A stretch of DNA of 63,009 nt, the filler included, from Octopus bimaculoides (taxonomy: Eukaryota), in assembly GCF_001194135.2 (NCBI RefSeq). It is 6 parts of 5 records of this genome, joined end to end, with 100 filler letters (N's around TTAATTAATTAA, not from the genome) between each part and the next. Parts side by side here need not be neighbours in the genome. Positions count along the whole stretch, not along the records: positions 1 to 18,698 come from NC_068982.1; positions 18,799 to 29,261 come from NC_069002.1; 4 more parts are not named here. One strand, given 5' to 3'. Within the stretch, counting starts at the first letter, position 1; every line of letters begins with the position of its first letter. The notes under the pieces are model-generated. The model did not search any database and was not told where the DNA came from. It saw nothing but the letters and a program-made list of their open reading frames with translations. The position numbers were made by a program, and so were the translations under genes. Below, one piece after another: positions 14,031 through 27,414 of the stretch.

Positions 14031-14379
14031 TTTATACATACAAGGGTAGATTTGTTAGTAGGCTGTTATGTAGGCGAATATATATATAGGTAGGTAGATG
14101 GATACGTAGAGAAACAAATAGATAAGTAGATAGATAGGTACATGGGTAATATGGACAGACAAGCACACACACACGCATACATACACAAAAGGATTGAATT
14201 TTGGTAAAATTAAAAGAAAAGTTTTTAAAAGAATATTTATATAGTATTCAAATACAAGGGGCATTTTCCTTGTTTCTGCCTGTCTCTATTGTTTACTCTT
14301 GTGGGTCTTCTTCTTCTTCTTCTTTTTCTTCTTCTTCTTCTTCTTCTTCTTGGCTAATGTTTCTGGGATCATGTTGTTG

Positions 14380-14441
<62 letters not shown>

Positions 14442-14451
14442 GTTGTTGTTG

Positions 14452-14504
<53 letters not shown>

Positions 14505-14514
14505 GTTGTTGTTG

Positions 14515-14569
<55 letters not shown>

Positions 14570-15089
14570 TATTATTATTATTATTTCTTTTTATCAGAAA
14601 AAGTCTGTAAAAACATGAATGATGCATATAACTATCGAAAATATAGCACTTATGTCACTTCTCCATTTTCCGCATATTTTGGTTCACTTCATAACGCGCT
14701 GATGGTTTTTAAGAGACATGCGTTTATTTGTCTTTGATTTCTGACGATTTCCTAAGAAGTATTCTCTTTCACATTTGTGTTTATCTCTCAAGTCACAAAG
14801 CCAGAGGGCTTGCTGGGAAGTTTATTTCACTTGTTCCATCCACTTTATACAACGAAATAGATAAATCCACACTCAATAAATCTTCTTTCGTTTATAACCG
14901 TCTCTTTCTTTTTTGTTTTTCTTCTGGTCGTAAGATGTCTGTATGCATGTAAGAATACAGGCATGTTATATATGTCCTTCTCTTTTTAATTATCTAAATT
15001 TTTCCTCTGCGGAAGGAGTTGGCTTCTAACAAAGATGCAAAGATCCATCATTGGAATGCAGATAGCGGAAACAATGCCACATTTTAAAC

Positions 15090-15900
15090 CTGACATATTT
15101 TTACTTTCTATATACAGATTGTATTCGTAATGTGTGAGTTGGTAGATATCTTTTTCTGAAAATCCAAGCTTGTACAGACTGTCAGTTAGGCTTTACTCAC
15201 AAAACCAAGTGCACCAATTATCATTGGTATAAATATAATTTTATAATCTGTATATAGAAGCTGGGGGTTTCGAAGCAGTTGTCCGTGGTTATCCTCTTTC
15301 TTACTGATTTTGAAAGAGATATTCACATCAGCCGAGCAGCTGACCTCAATGACAGTATGTACTTTTCCTCTTATGTCCGAAACAATAATATCCGGTCTTT
15401 TATGCTTACACTTGACAGATCTTTCGGTGGGAATGTTCTACCATTATTTGTGTTGATGTTTGCGTACGTATTCAATAACAGTGGGGTTCTGAATATTTTT
15501 CCCAGGACAGTTTTTTTCCTGGATGATATTGTATATTGTTTTTGCGACAACATCGTGTCGCATAAGGAAGTATTACCTTGACATTTTGGACTGCTGCAAT
15601 TCATATGTGGGATATTTTCCGCAGAAATATAACATAATCTACATTTTCGATTGCATCTTGGAACTCTAAGGGTTTTACTCTCTCTTATTTATCGAGTATT
15701 TAATAGGAATCTCCTGTTCTTTCATTGCAAATGAATAACCTTCATAGTGTGATGTGGTTTAGGGGTCACGAATGCAGGAGAGGCTCCGCTTCATATCTAT
15801 GGAGTGGATTTCTTTCACAGACCGGCAAGATATTTCGAATGTTGGAATCAGCACTGGTACAGCAAATGCATTGCGGAATAATCTTTTAAAGGGAGCGTTC
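15090..15900 (-). mobile_element. Non-LTR retrotransposon remnant with restriction-like endonuclease (R4/NeSL-type), degenerate
   Basis: - strand fragments: SHYEGYSFAMKEQEI, zinc knuckle KCRLCYISAENIPHMNCS, RHDVVAKTIYNII, HKRPDIIVSD, VIEVSCSADVNI, FIPMIIGALGFV. This is the CCHC-RH-PD-(D/E) order of RLE elements, with several frameshifts. Confidence 0.85.
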
Positions 15901-16004
15901 CGACTGATTATATGTTAGCATATTTATGTGTGAGTGTGTTTTCTAAGTACGCATGCATGTGTGTGCTTATACATATGTGTGAGTGTGTGTGCTTATATAT
16001 ATAT

Positions 16005-16083
<79 letters not shown>

Positions 16084-16478
16084 CTTGTAATCTGTTTCCG
16101 ATAAAATACTGGGTACCAATTATTAATCTCATTTTCCTGAGTAATTGTGTGAGGTTGTTATTTATGCAGCACTCCGTATAGCGTAGGTTAAGTATATAAA
16201 TAACGAGAAATTTCTAGGATGGAAACTTTTATATTTTATTAATGCAGTGAGGCATATGTTTCTGTATGACACTGTTTGTTTATGACTAAATTCTCACATC
16301 CATAGAGTACTGTTAAATATTATTTATGATATCTCTGGGTCTTAAGAGAGTGCATTATTACACACGTATATTTCTTCAGGCATTCTGCTTTATCAATAAC
16401 ATTTTTATGGTATCCTATAGATGAGAAAAATATAGTCACAAACAAACACATGTCATGCAGAAACATATGTAGTAAGTC

Positions 16479-16709
16479 GGCGAGCTGGCAGAAACGTTAG
16501 CATACCGGGTGAAATGCTTAGCGGTATTTCGTCTGTTTTTACGTTCTGAGTTCAAATTCCGCCGAGGTTGACTTTGCCTTTCATCCTTTCGGGGTCGATA
16601 AATTAAGTACCAGTCACGCACTGGGGTCGATGTAATCGACTTAGTACCTTTGTCTGTCCTTGTTTGTCCCCTCTATGTTTAGCCCCTTGAGGGCAATAAA
16701 GAAATAAGT
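16479..16709 (+). mobile_element. tRNA-type SINE family A (alternative tail)
   Basis: Family A head and body with B-box-like GTTCAAATTCC. Tail tttgtcccctctatgtttagcccc...aataaagaaataag. Confidence 0.85.
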
Positions 16710-17772
16710 AACATTTGTAGTAATGCATTAATAAAATTTTCATCCCGAAACTTTATCATTATGATTATATATATATATATATATNNNNNNNNNNNNNNNN
16801 NNNNNNNNNNNNNNNNNNNNNNNNNNNNNNNNNNNNNNNNNNNNNNNNNNNNNNNNNNNNNNNNNNNNNNNNNNNNNNNNNNNNNNNNNNNNNNNNNNNN
16901 NNNNNNNNNNNNNNNNNNNNNNNNNNNNNNNNNNNNNNNNNNNNNNNNNNNNNNNNNNNNNNNNNNNNNNNNNNNNNNNNNNNNNNNNNNNNNNNNNNNN
17001 NNNNNNNNNNNNNNNNNNNNNNNNNNNNNNNNNNNNNNNNNNNNNNNNNNNNNNNNNNNNNNNNNNNNNNNNNNNNNNNNNNNNNNNNNNNNNNNNNNNN
17101 NNNNNNNNNNNNNNNNNNNNNNNNNNNNNNNNNNNNNNNNNNNNNNNNNNNNNNNNNNNNNNNNNNNNNNNNNNNNNNNNNNNNNNNNNNNNNNNNNNNN
17201 NNNNNNNNNNNNNNNNNNNNNNNNNNNNNNNNNNNNNNNNNNNNNNNNNNNNNNNNNNNNNNNNNNNNNNNNNNNNNNNNNNNNNNNNNNNNNNNNNNNN
17301 NNNNNNNNNNNNNNNNNNNNNNNNNNNNNNNNNNNNNNNNNNNNNNNNNNNNNNNNNNNNNNNNNNNNNNNNNNNNNNNNNNNNNNNNNNNNNNNNNNNN
17401 NNNNNNNNNNNNNNNNNNNNNNNNNNNNNNNNNNNNNNNNNNNNNNNNNNNNNNNNNNNNNNNNNNNNNNNNNNNNNNNNNNNNNNNNNNNNNNNNNNNN
17501 NNNNNNNNNNNNNNNNNNNNNNNNNNNNNNNNNNNNNNNNNNNNNNNNNNNNNNNNNNNNNNNNNNNNNNNNNNNNNNNNNNNNNNNNNNNNNNNNNNNC
17601 ATACATATATACTGCTATACGCATTTCAATAATTGAAATGCGGTAGATGTGGTACATATATGGTACACATTATATCGGTCGCTATCAGATAGCTACTTTA
17701 ATTTTTGACATAAATAGATGCAATTCTACACACCGTTTAACAACAGCGCAAGCAAACACATGAACATATATA

Positions 17773-17805
<33 letters not shown>

Positions 17806-18276
17806 GCGCGCTCGTGCACACACATTGGTTGCGTATTTAGATTTGAAGAGGTTTGTGCATATAGATTGAGTGTGCTAACATGTACGTTTTGGATGTGAGA
17901 TTTAGTAATCGTCGTCATCATCTTCATTATCCTCGTCATCACCATGATCGTCGTCGATGCGAACACCTTGTCCATCCTCATCCTACTCATACTCCTCTCC
18001 GTCATCATCATCATCATCATCATCATCATCAACAACAACAACTACAGCAACATCATTCTCTATGTCTCTTTCTCATTGTACACCACAAACTATATAAAAA
18101 CATGCGCCACCGCCGCCGCTGCCGCCACCATCACCAAAACCACCACCGCCACAGTCATTATAATCATTATTATGAAGTGATGTCAATGATTTCTCAAATA
18201 TAAGACATGCATTATTGAAGCAAATACGATGTTAACGATGATCAAAACTGATAGTGAAGATGATGAAGGTGATAAC

Positions 18277-18345
<69 letters not shown>

Positions 18346-18368
18346 ATTTGGTAATGGTGTTGTTATTG

Positions 18369-18399
<31 letters not shown>

Positions 18400-18698
18400 A
18401 GATGGTGGTGGTAGTGGTGGTGGTGGTTGGGTGCTGGTGGTGGCAGCAATGGTTATATGGCGGTGGTTGGTGAGGAGAATGATAATAATGGATGAGGCTG
18501 ATGATGATGCCGATGCCGAAGAAGCTGACGACACCAACGACGACGACGACGACAATAATGTTCATGATGTTGATGACGACGACGATGATGATGATGATGA
18601 TGACGACGACGACGACGGTGAAGACGGTGACGATGGCAGTGATGATAATGATGATACGCAGTGCATATGGAAGCAATCATCTTGCTTGGTTGTCCCCC

Positions 18699-18798
18699 NN
18701 NNNNNNNNNNNNNNNNNNNNNNNNNNNNNNNNNNNNNNNNNNTTAATTAATTAANNNNNNNNNNNNNNNNNNNNNNNNNNNNNNNNNNNNNNNNNNNN
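18699..18798. other. Artificial scaffold linker 44N-TTAATTAATTAA-44N
   Basis: The identical 100-bp structure recurs at 29262-29361, 40357-40456, 47537-47636 and 55718-55817. The 12-mer has stops in all six frames. Confidence 0.95.
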
Positions 18799-19323
18799 TA
18801 TATATATATATATATGTATGTATGTATATATGTATATGCATGTATGTATGTATGTATGTATGTACTTGTATGTATGTATATGTATGCGTATATATTTATT
18901 TGTTAATCCATATGTTTATATTAAATCTATCTTTCTATCTGTCGACCTCTCCATTTCTCTGTGCCTTTCTCTATCAAGCTCTCTCCCTCTCTGTCTATTT
19001 ATCGAAATATCTATGTGTCTACCTACGTACCTGCCTGTCTATCTGTCTGTTTTTTTTTTTTTTAGCAATCTATCAGTCGTTTATCCGTCCTCTCTTGCAA
19101 TCTGCATGTTTATACAAGCATGGAATGGCACTATTGCAATATATTTTCTCTTAGAGAAACATAAAAAACAACAAAAAACAACCCCCGCCCGCGTCTTCTT
19201 TGTAAAAAATCTCTTTCGGAGATTTCTTAGCAAGAAACTATTACAGCTGGTGCCGTTCTCCGTTTCTATGTAGAACTTGACAAAGTTTTGCAAAGAGCAG
19301 AGAATGTTTTATTACCTGTTTAA

Positions 19324-19758
19324 CCCATTAACATTTCAACTAACCATATCAAGCCCAAATATTCTACCTGTTTTAAGTTGAGTTTGGCCAGATATGGCCT
19401 ATCACACCTACCCTACAATGTTATTCTAAAAATAAACAATCAGATTATCGAAATCTCAAAGCTCTGAGATGGTACATGATAAATTCAAAACAATGTGAAT
19501 GAGTAAGCATTGCACTTGACAATAATCTGAATGCTAAAACGTTAAACCAGTCAGATCCAGCTCAGATATTTTACCTGTTTTATGTTCAAGCTGGCCAGAT
19601 CCAGTCTCTCACATCTACCCTAAAATGTCATGCTAGAAACAAGCAATCACGCAATCACATCATTGAGTTTTTGAAGCTGTAAAATAATGCATCATTAATT
19701 CAAAATAACGTGAATAAATGAGGATTGTATTTGACAGCGTAATGTGAATGCTAAAGGG
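19324..19758. mobile_element. piggyBac-type MITE, head-to-tail dimer
   Basis: First unit ttaa|CCCATTAACATTTC...GAATGCTAAAACG|ttaa (19324-19541, TTAA on both sides). A second diverged unit 19546-19758 ends GAATGCTAAAGGG. Confidence 0.6.
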
Positions 19759-19878
19759 ACAGATATGTTAACAACGGATTCGATGTCCGTGATTGATGAT
19801 GTGTAACAATGCAGAAATACATGTTCTTCACACACACACATACACGCGTTCACGCACGCAAGCACGCACGTACACACC

Positions 19879-19958
<80 letters not shown>

Positions 19959-20920
19959 ATCGATACACGGTGCTTTCGAATAAAAATAGCTTGAGGTGTT
20001 ATGTTCCGTTCGAAGCTGCATAAACAATAATTTGTAACTATTACTCAAGATGTCATTCAGCTGAATAAACCGTTCTGATCTTTCCTCGCCTTGCAAGCAA
20101 CAACTGCACATTTTCCTTAGATCACGTCCACACTGTTTTAAGAAGACGGTACGGATGTGGTTATGATCGTTCGGGAACAACATGTATTGAACGACAACAA
20201 CAACAACAACAGCATGTGGAGGCTTGTGACAAATTACCGAGATACTAATATTCAGAGATAGCAACTATGTACGTCACAATTAATTTATCAATATATTACC
20301 ATCTTGATCCTGTTAGTTTCATTTAATTTTCCTCTCCAAAGCTTTTAAAATAATCAAAAAAAATCCGTCTTCATTTTAAACGAGAGAAGTTTAAAACAGA
20401 TATGTCTATCTGATTGTAAGAGTTTATTTTTTATTATTATTATTTCTTGTTTATTTCTTATGAAAAGTAGATACGAACTCGTGAAAAATATCGTAAACTC
20501 TAATGAAAGTTCATTCTATTTAAGACAGAACGATAAATAATTGAAGAAAAAAAAGCATAGCCTTTAGTAAGTTGTGTATAGAAAACGGAAAACAGAAAAT
20601 AGTAATAATAATACTAATAATATTAACACAGTACTAATGATGATGACGATGATGATGATGATGAAAGAGTTACATGAAGATCTACACGGCAAAAAATTGA
20701 AAGAAAAAATCTGTATCTCAATGTCTCACAATATATTAAAGAAAAGTACACACCAACCACACCCACACATACACACACACCCACTCACACTCGTACATAC
20801 ATGTATGTATGTATATATATATCATACATATATATTTATATATATATGTGTGTGTGTATACATGTATATATATGTATCTTTCTTTATATATACGTGATCT
20901 GAATAATAAGTATCCGCACT

Positions 20921-21021
20921 GTTGCTATAGTAACGAAGTTAAAGCATGGACAGCAAAGCCGCTGGGCCCAGATTGACCTTCACCTCTGTTGTGCATGCGC
21001 ACTAAGTTCTAGCTCACTTCC
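20921..21021. promoter_or_regulatory. Promoter-like module: RFX X-box, NRF1-like site and ETS-like site
   Basis: GTTGCTATAGTAAC at 20921-20934 (14-bp X-box form), TGTGCATGCGCA at 20990-21001 (one mismatch to the NRF1 palindrome TGCGCATGCGCA), and CACTTCC at 21015-21021 (GGAAGTG on -), all in a locally GC-richer non-repetitive patch. Confidence 0.45.
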
Positions 21022-21399
21022 TCTGCTTACAACACTACTTGGAAGGAACAAATGGAATTAAATAACCACATACGTTAACAAAATTAAATTAAATACAAAA
21101 ATAAATAAAAACAAATTAAACGAACATGTATAAACAGGGGATACAGATACTACAAGCACTCCCCCCCCCACACATGCACTTACTAAACATAGACACACAC
21201 AGAGGGATACGCATGCGCAAATATAGACACATACAATAGGAATACAAAATACAAAATGGGTGATCGTTAGTAAGGTGGGACACACAAATAAGAAAGAAGA
21301 AAGCAAAGGACCACTGATGAGGTTACAGTAGTGTGACGAAAGAACACTGGCCGAAATACGAATAATGTAATTTTTTTCATTTTTAAAATTTGTTTGTTG

Positions 21400-21433
<34 letters not shown>

Positions 21434-22413
21434 CATNNNNNNNNNNNNNNNNNNNNNNNNNNNNNNNNNNNNNNNNNNNNNNNNNNNNNNNNNNNNNNNN
21501 NNNNNNNNNNNNNNNNNNNNNNNNNNNNNNNNNNNNNNNNNNNNNNNNNNNNNNNNNNNNNNNNNNNNNNNNNNNNNNNNNNNNNNNNNNNNNNNNNNNN
21601 NNNNNNNNNNNNNNNNNNNNNNNNNNNNNNNNNNNNNNNNNNNNNNNNNNNNNNNNNNNNNNNNNNNNNNNNNNNNNNNNNNNNNNNNNNNNNNNNNNNN
21701 NNNNNNNNNNNNNNNNNNNNNNNNNNNNNNNNNNNNNNNNNNNNNNNNNNNNNNNNNNNNNNNNNNNNNNNNNNNNNNNNNNNNNNNNNNNNNNNNNNNN
21801 NNNNNNNNNNNNNNNNNNNNNNNNNNNNNNNNNNNNNNNNNNNNNNNNNNNNNNNNNNNNNNNNNNNNNNNNNNNNNNNNNNNNNNNNNNNNNNNNNNNN
21901 NNNNNNNNNNNNNNNNNNNNNNNNNNNNNNNNNNNNNNNNNNNNNNNNNNNNNNNNNNNNNNNNNNNNNNNNNNNNNNNNNNNNNNNNNNNNNNNNNNNN
22001 NNNNNNNNNNNNNNNNNNNNNNNNNNNNNNNNNNNNNNNNNNNNNNNNNNNNNNNNNNNNNNNNNNNNNNNNNNNNNNNNNNNNNNNNNNNNNNNNNNNN
22101 NNNNNNNNNNNNNNNNNNNNNNNNNNNNNNNNNNNNNNNNNNNNNNNNNNNNNNNNNNNNNNNNNNNNNNNNNNNNNNNNNNNNNNNNNNNNNNNNNNNN
22201 NNNNNNNNNNNNNNNNNNNNNNNNNNNNNNNNNNNNNNNNNNNNNNNNNNNNNNNNNNNNNNNNNNNNNNNNNNNNNNNNNNNNNNNNNNNNNNNNNNNN
22301 NNNNNNNNNNNNNNNNNNNNNNNNNNNNNNNNNNNNNNNNNNNNNNNNNNNNNNNNNNNNNNNNNNNNNNNNNNNNNNNNNNNNNNNNNNNNNNNNNNNN
22401 NNNNNNNNNNNNN

Positions 22414-22476
<63 letters not shown>

Positions 22477-22503
22477 TAATATATATACAGAAACAAAAAC
22501 ATG

Positions 22504-24848
22504 AATGATCATGCACACAATTATTGGCATCCCTTGTCAAAACTGAGTTTTTATTGAATTTCTCGCGAAATAAGTTTCTCGCGAAATAAGTTTCAGTCGG
22601 TGTAGGCAACATTGCGTAAGGAATACAAAACGGAACACGAAACAAAATTTAAATTTCCAAACTAATCTATTTTAACGAGCAAAACAGAAAAACAAATTGA
22701 TTAGATTGTTCAAACTTATTGGCACCTCTACAACATTGGATGATTAACAATCAATAGTGTCTCCTTTATGCTTAATAACTTCTAGTCTGCGAGGTAAATT
22801 TCGTGTTAGCTTCAGGTAATCGACCAGAAGGAATTTTAACCAATTCTTCAATTGCATATAATTCCACTGGCTTCAAATTAGATGGCTTTCTTTCTTTCAC
22901 TCTTTTCTTCAGATTTCACCACAAATTTTCTACCAGGTTTAAGTCAGGACTTTGGTCCGGCCATAGGAGTACATCTACCTTGATTTCTTTCAACCAATTT
23001 TAGATTAAAAGTGAGGTATGCTTCGTTGAGGACTACATTGAGATGATTCTCTTTTTTCATCGTCCCTTCAATTCGAATCGATTTTCCAGTGCCGCCAGCA
23101 GAAAAGCAGCTCCACAGCATTATACTGCTTCCGTCATATTTGATGATAGTGTAGCAAACTCATAAGAGGCGGAGAGAGAACATAGGTTCGTTTGCCCGAA
23201 CAGGAGAAATTGATGATTTCTCATTGGTTACAAATTACTGCCCATATACGAATTCTGAACTTTCATTAAAGAAATCTTTCACGAAGTACAGTTCTTAGAA
23301 TTTGTGTATGAGCAGTTATAAAAACCCTGATTTTTGGGAAATTCTCCAGTGATCGTTGGGTTTTCAATCAAATCCACGACACCCACTCTCAAGTGATCGA
23401 TGATTGTCATTCAAATCCACGACACTCACCTTTTGAGAATCGGCTAATCTTTGTGCCATGTTATTACTCAAATCCAACGAGATTGAATTGTTGTGAACTC
23501 TAGTAGTTAGTATGAAAGATTAGGTAGTGTTAATTTTAAGTCGTAATTCTCTATGACAAAATGACTTTACTTTCCAATTGTACTATAAATGCCAAATGTA
23601 CATAAATAAACTAATGTAGAAATTATTTTCTTTCACGTTCTTTCAACTTGTTAAATTTATTTCTGTATTTATGAAACTGTATTTTTGTTTATGCAACGGT
23701 CCAAAGAATGCGAATCCATATCTTCAACATACATGCACGCATTAAACGCACGTTCAGTGTTTTGTTATGTATAATTCATCATAACATTTACGCAGCCTGA
23801 ATTAAGAGTTATGCATGGTGATGAATACTTATAAGTGATGAGTTTACCATCATAGCTTCTTACTTAAGAAATAATAATATTTGTTATAACTTACCATCAA
23901 AAGCATTGTAAACAAGATACAGTATTCGCCCCCCGGCTGTCACAATAGGAATGGTATTCTTCGGATTGCAGGCTTCTCCTATTTTCCTTCAAATGATAAT
24001 TCTATCGCTGTTATTGAATAACTAAAGTTCCGTCTCGTTAGACCACAGTACAGAGTGCCAAAAACGTTCAAGCTTCTACGGAAAGTCTCTCGCAAACAGC
24101 AAACTTCAAACGAGCAGTTAAGTGCTTCTTCTTTAACAATGACGTTTTGGAGGGACGGCACGTCTTCAAGTCACCTCTATTGAAACATGAATTCTGATAA
24201 CTCTCAAACTGACTATCACCGCGAAAGTTGTTATCTCGGGATCATTGTTGACCTTTTTAATTAACAACATTCTATCTCCTTCTGAAAAGAATTCTTTCTA
24301 CTTTATTCACTCTTGTTCTCCAATAGACCGGTATCTCGATGTTTCACGACTGTGTTGCGAACAGTTGATCTAGCCATATTGAAATTCTTAGATATTGTCT
24401 CATACCCATCATCAGCAACCTGAGAATTCAAAATCTTCTTCCTTAACTCAGAACTGTGCTCCTGTACCTTTACCATGACGCCGCAGATAGAATAGTTTGT
24501 TGGCCAAAGGAAGTGGCAAAAAAAAATTTGCAAATGTTCTAGAACTTTTTGTATTTTAGAACTTTCTCAGGGTGACGTAACCTCTATTATTCGACACGTA
24601 TTTTTATATTGTAGCCAAATATAATGAATTTGTTATGTCGGTGAAAAAGATTTTGAACTGTACTTGAAGATTTTATCGGCTGAGATTATCATATTAAACA
24701 TCGCCAGATCACCTCCGTTGGCAAAATCCGTGCTTTAGTTGTTAACATTGTTGTGACATTACAGTCTTGCTTAGACATCTAATTTTAGCGAGAAATTCAA
24801 TAAAAATCGTTTTGAGAAAAGATGTCAATAATTGTGTGAGTGAATGTG
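22504..24848 (-). mobile_element. Tc1-family DNA transposon, degenerate and composite
   Basis: TIRs cacacaattattggcatc...ttttattgaatttctcgc (from about 22504) and the reverse complement ending gtgtgagtgaatgtg|TA (24848). An internal repeat ttattggcacc lies near 22716. Transposase motifs on -: MVKVQEHSSELRKKI...GYETISKNF (from 24476), KKKHLTARLKFA, VLWSNET, NPKNTIP, GSSIMLWSCFSAGGTG, WPDQSPDLNLVENLW. Confidence 0.9.
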
Positions 24849-24929
24849 TATGCATATATTCTTTTATTCTTTTACTTGTTTCAGTTATTTGACTGCGGCC
24901 ATACTATAGCACCGCCTTAAGATATATAT

Positions 24930-26215
24930 ATAGGTGAGAGAGTTGGTATGTGAAAGCACGTGGTTGGATGTATAAAAGACAAAAAAGAGTGAAAAACTAC
25001 AGAAGGCTTGTGTTATATGGTTAAAGAATATATTTAAATCGTTATGTTAGAAAAATGTTATAAAAGTTTGAGTATAGTAACATTTTTTGTGGAGAAATAA
25101 CCGGTTTCGTATTTTGTTTTCAAATTTCTCAAATTTCTTTACCTATATCGTATCATGTCTTCGCTATGGTGTAAAACATGGAGTTCCAGATAGGGGAAGG
25201 TAATCAAGGATTCTTTCCGGTATAAGGGAGGTAATCAAAAATGTTGGGGATGACTAGGTTTGATTAATTTAACATGATTTGGTTTAGACGGAATAGAATG
25301 TTACAAGTGGTTAGGTTTTGCTTTATATTTTTTTCAATGAGGTGAGCCTCCTTATTTAAAAATGTTAGAAATGGTCCAGTTTTGGCTTATATTTTTCAAT
25401 GAAGAAGGTTTCTTTATTTAATCTAGCTTGTGCTGGTGTTCCAATGGCACATTGATAGAATGGAAAATTTACAAATTGTAGTAGCATTTGTTTTGCGCAT
25501 TTCTCATTATGTTCACTAAAGGGTATCATTCTGTATTCTGGGAATGCAATCTGCTAACCCCAGAAACAAAGAAGCCTTCATCATTATTAACCAAAATTTA
25601 CCAATGCTACATAAGGACCCAAAATTAAAGGAAATTTTACACATACATAAAGTCATTAAAAGCTACAAACAAGCGAAATTACTAAAAAAGATCCTCACAA
25701 AGCCAAAATTATTTTTTAAAGTAAAGGATGCAAAAGTGAAAAAATGTGGTCGACCAAATTACGCAACATACCCAAACCTTCTAGAAGGATCAGAGTTCCT
25801 TTTCAAAGAGGAACAAAAATTCAAAATCAAATCTGACTTTACTTGTTCTTCAGAAAACCCGATTTATGTCATAAGATGCTCGGGCTGCCACCAAAACTAC
25901 ATAGAGTCCACAGGATTATCGCTCAGACGCAGATGCACTCTGCATCGACAGCAGATTGCATTCCCAGAATACAGAAAGATACCCTTTAGTGAACATATTG
26001 AGAAATGTGCAAAACAAATGCTACCACGATATAGGTAAAGAAATTTGAGAAATTTGAAAAGAAAATACAAAACCGGTTATTTCTCCAAAAACAATGTTAG
26101 TATACTCAAAATTTTATAACATTTTTCTAATATAACAATTTAAATATATACTTTGACCATATAACACAAGCCTTCTGTAGTTTTTTCACTCTTTTTCGTC
26201 TTTTATATATACATA
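24930..26215 (+). mobile_element. Penelope-like element (Neptune-type GIY-YIG) with inverted 3' duplication
   Basis: ORF 25544-26038 contains KKCGRPN...FTCSSENPIYVIRCSGCHQNYIESTGLSLRRRCTLHRQQI. 25484-25554 is the reverse complement of 25953-26022, and about 24960-25151 is the reverse complement of about 26028-26215. The direct copy lacks about 330 bp present in the inverted copy. Confidence 0.85.
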
Positions 26216-26349
26216 TATACATAATCTGCATCCACTAAATTTGCTCAGCAGATGTACTAGAAAGCAATTGTCCAAGGTTCCATGCAGCAAGATTGAACCC
26301 GAAATCGCATGGTTTTGTATCCATGCCTGCTTCTCCACACTGCCTTGCC

Positions 26350-26404
<55 letters not shown>

Positions 26405-26844
26405 GAACATCGGTTCTCGAGGTATATAATATATAATATGAAGATATTAATAACATTTATAAATAATATGAATAACATATATAAATAACAGCATGTTTAT
26501 ATCGGGTTTGAAGAATCCCTTTCTATAGAAAAAGGTGAACGATGTCTACCTCAAAGGGATTTTTAATCCGTTATTTACACACTGTTATTTATAGCATTAT
26601 ATGATGTGCCTCGCGATCCAATATTCTCAAAAAGAATTATTTCACGTTCCCTCTAAAGGTTATAAACATTTTATGACGTCAAGAAGATAAATTTTTATAG
26701 ATATTTATTTAATGAATATATTTCCATCGTATCCTGTTTCAGCTTTAATATATACATTCACACAGATGCGCGCACAAATACAGACACACAAGCACACACA
26801 CATACACGCACTAACACACACGTATTCGCATGCACGTACGCGCG

Positions 26845-26883
<39 letters not shown>

Positions 26884-27334
26884 AAAAAATTTATANNNNN
26901 NNNNNNNNNNNNNNNNNNNNNNNNNNNNNNNNNNNNNNNNNNNNNNNNNNNNNNNNNNNNNNNNNNNNNNNNNNNNNNNNNNNNNNNNNNNNNNNNNNNN
27001 NNNNNNNNNNNNNNNNNNNNNNNNNNNNNNNNNNNNNNNNNNNNNNNNNNNNNNNNNNNNNNNNNNNNNNNNNNNNNNNNNNNNNNNNNNNNNNNNNNNN
27101 NNNNNNNNNNNNNNNNNNNNNNNNNNNNNNNNNNNNNNNNNNNNNNNNNNNNNNNNNNNNNNNNNNNNNNNNNNNNNNNNNNNNNNNNNNNNNCCCATAA
27201 AATTTAGGGCCTTGTGCCTATATTAGAAAGGATTATTATTATTATTGTTGTTGTTGTTGTTGTTATTTTTGTTTTTATTGTTATTGTTATTATTATTATT
27301 ATCATTATTATTATTATTATTATTNNNNNNNNNN

Positions 27335-27369
<35 letters not shown>

Positions 27370-27414
27370 TATTATTATTATAATATTATTATTATTATTA
27401 TTAATCAGGTCGCT

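Noticed and set aside
19695-20264. 189-aa - strand ORF with a protein-like middle (HIRTVFLKQCGRDLRKMCSCC)
   Set aside because: It starts at a non-ATG codon, runs through (AG)n and (GT)n tracts, and shows no recognisable homology or convincing splice pair.
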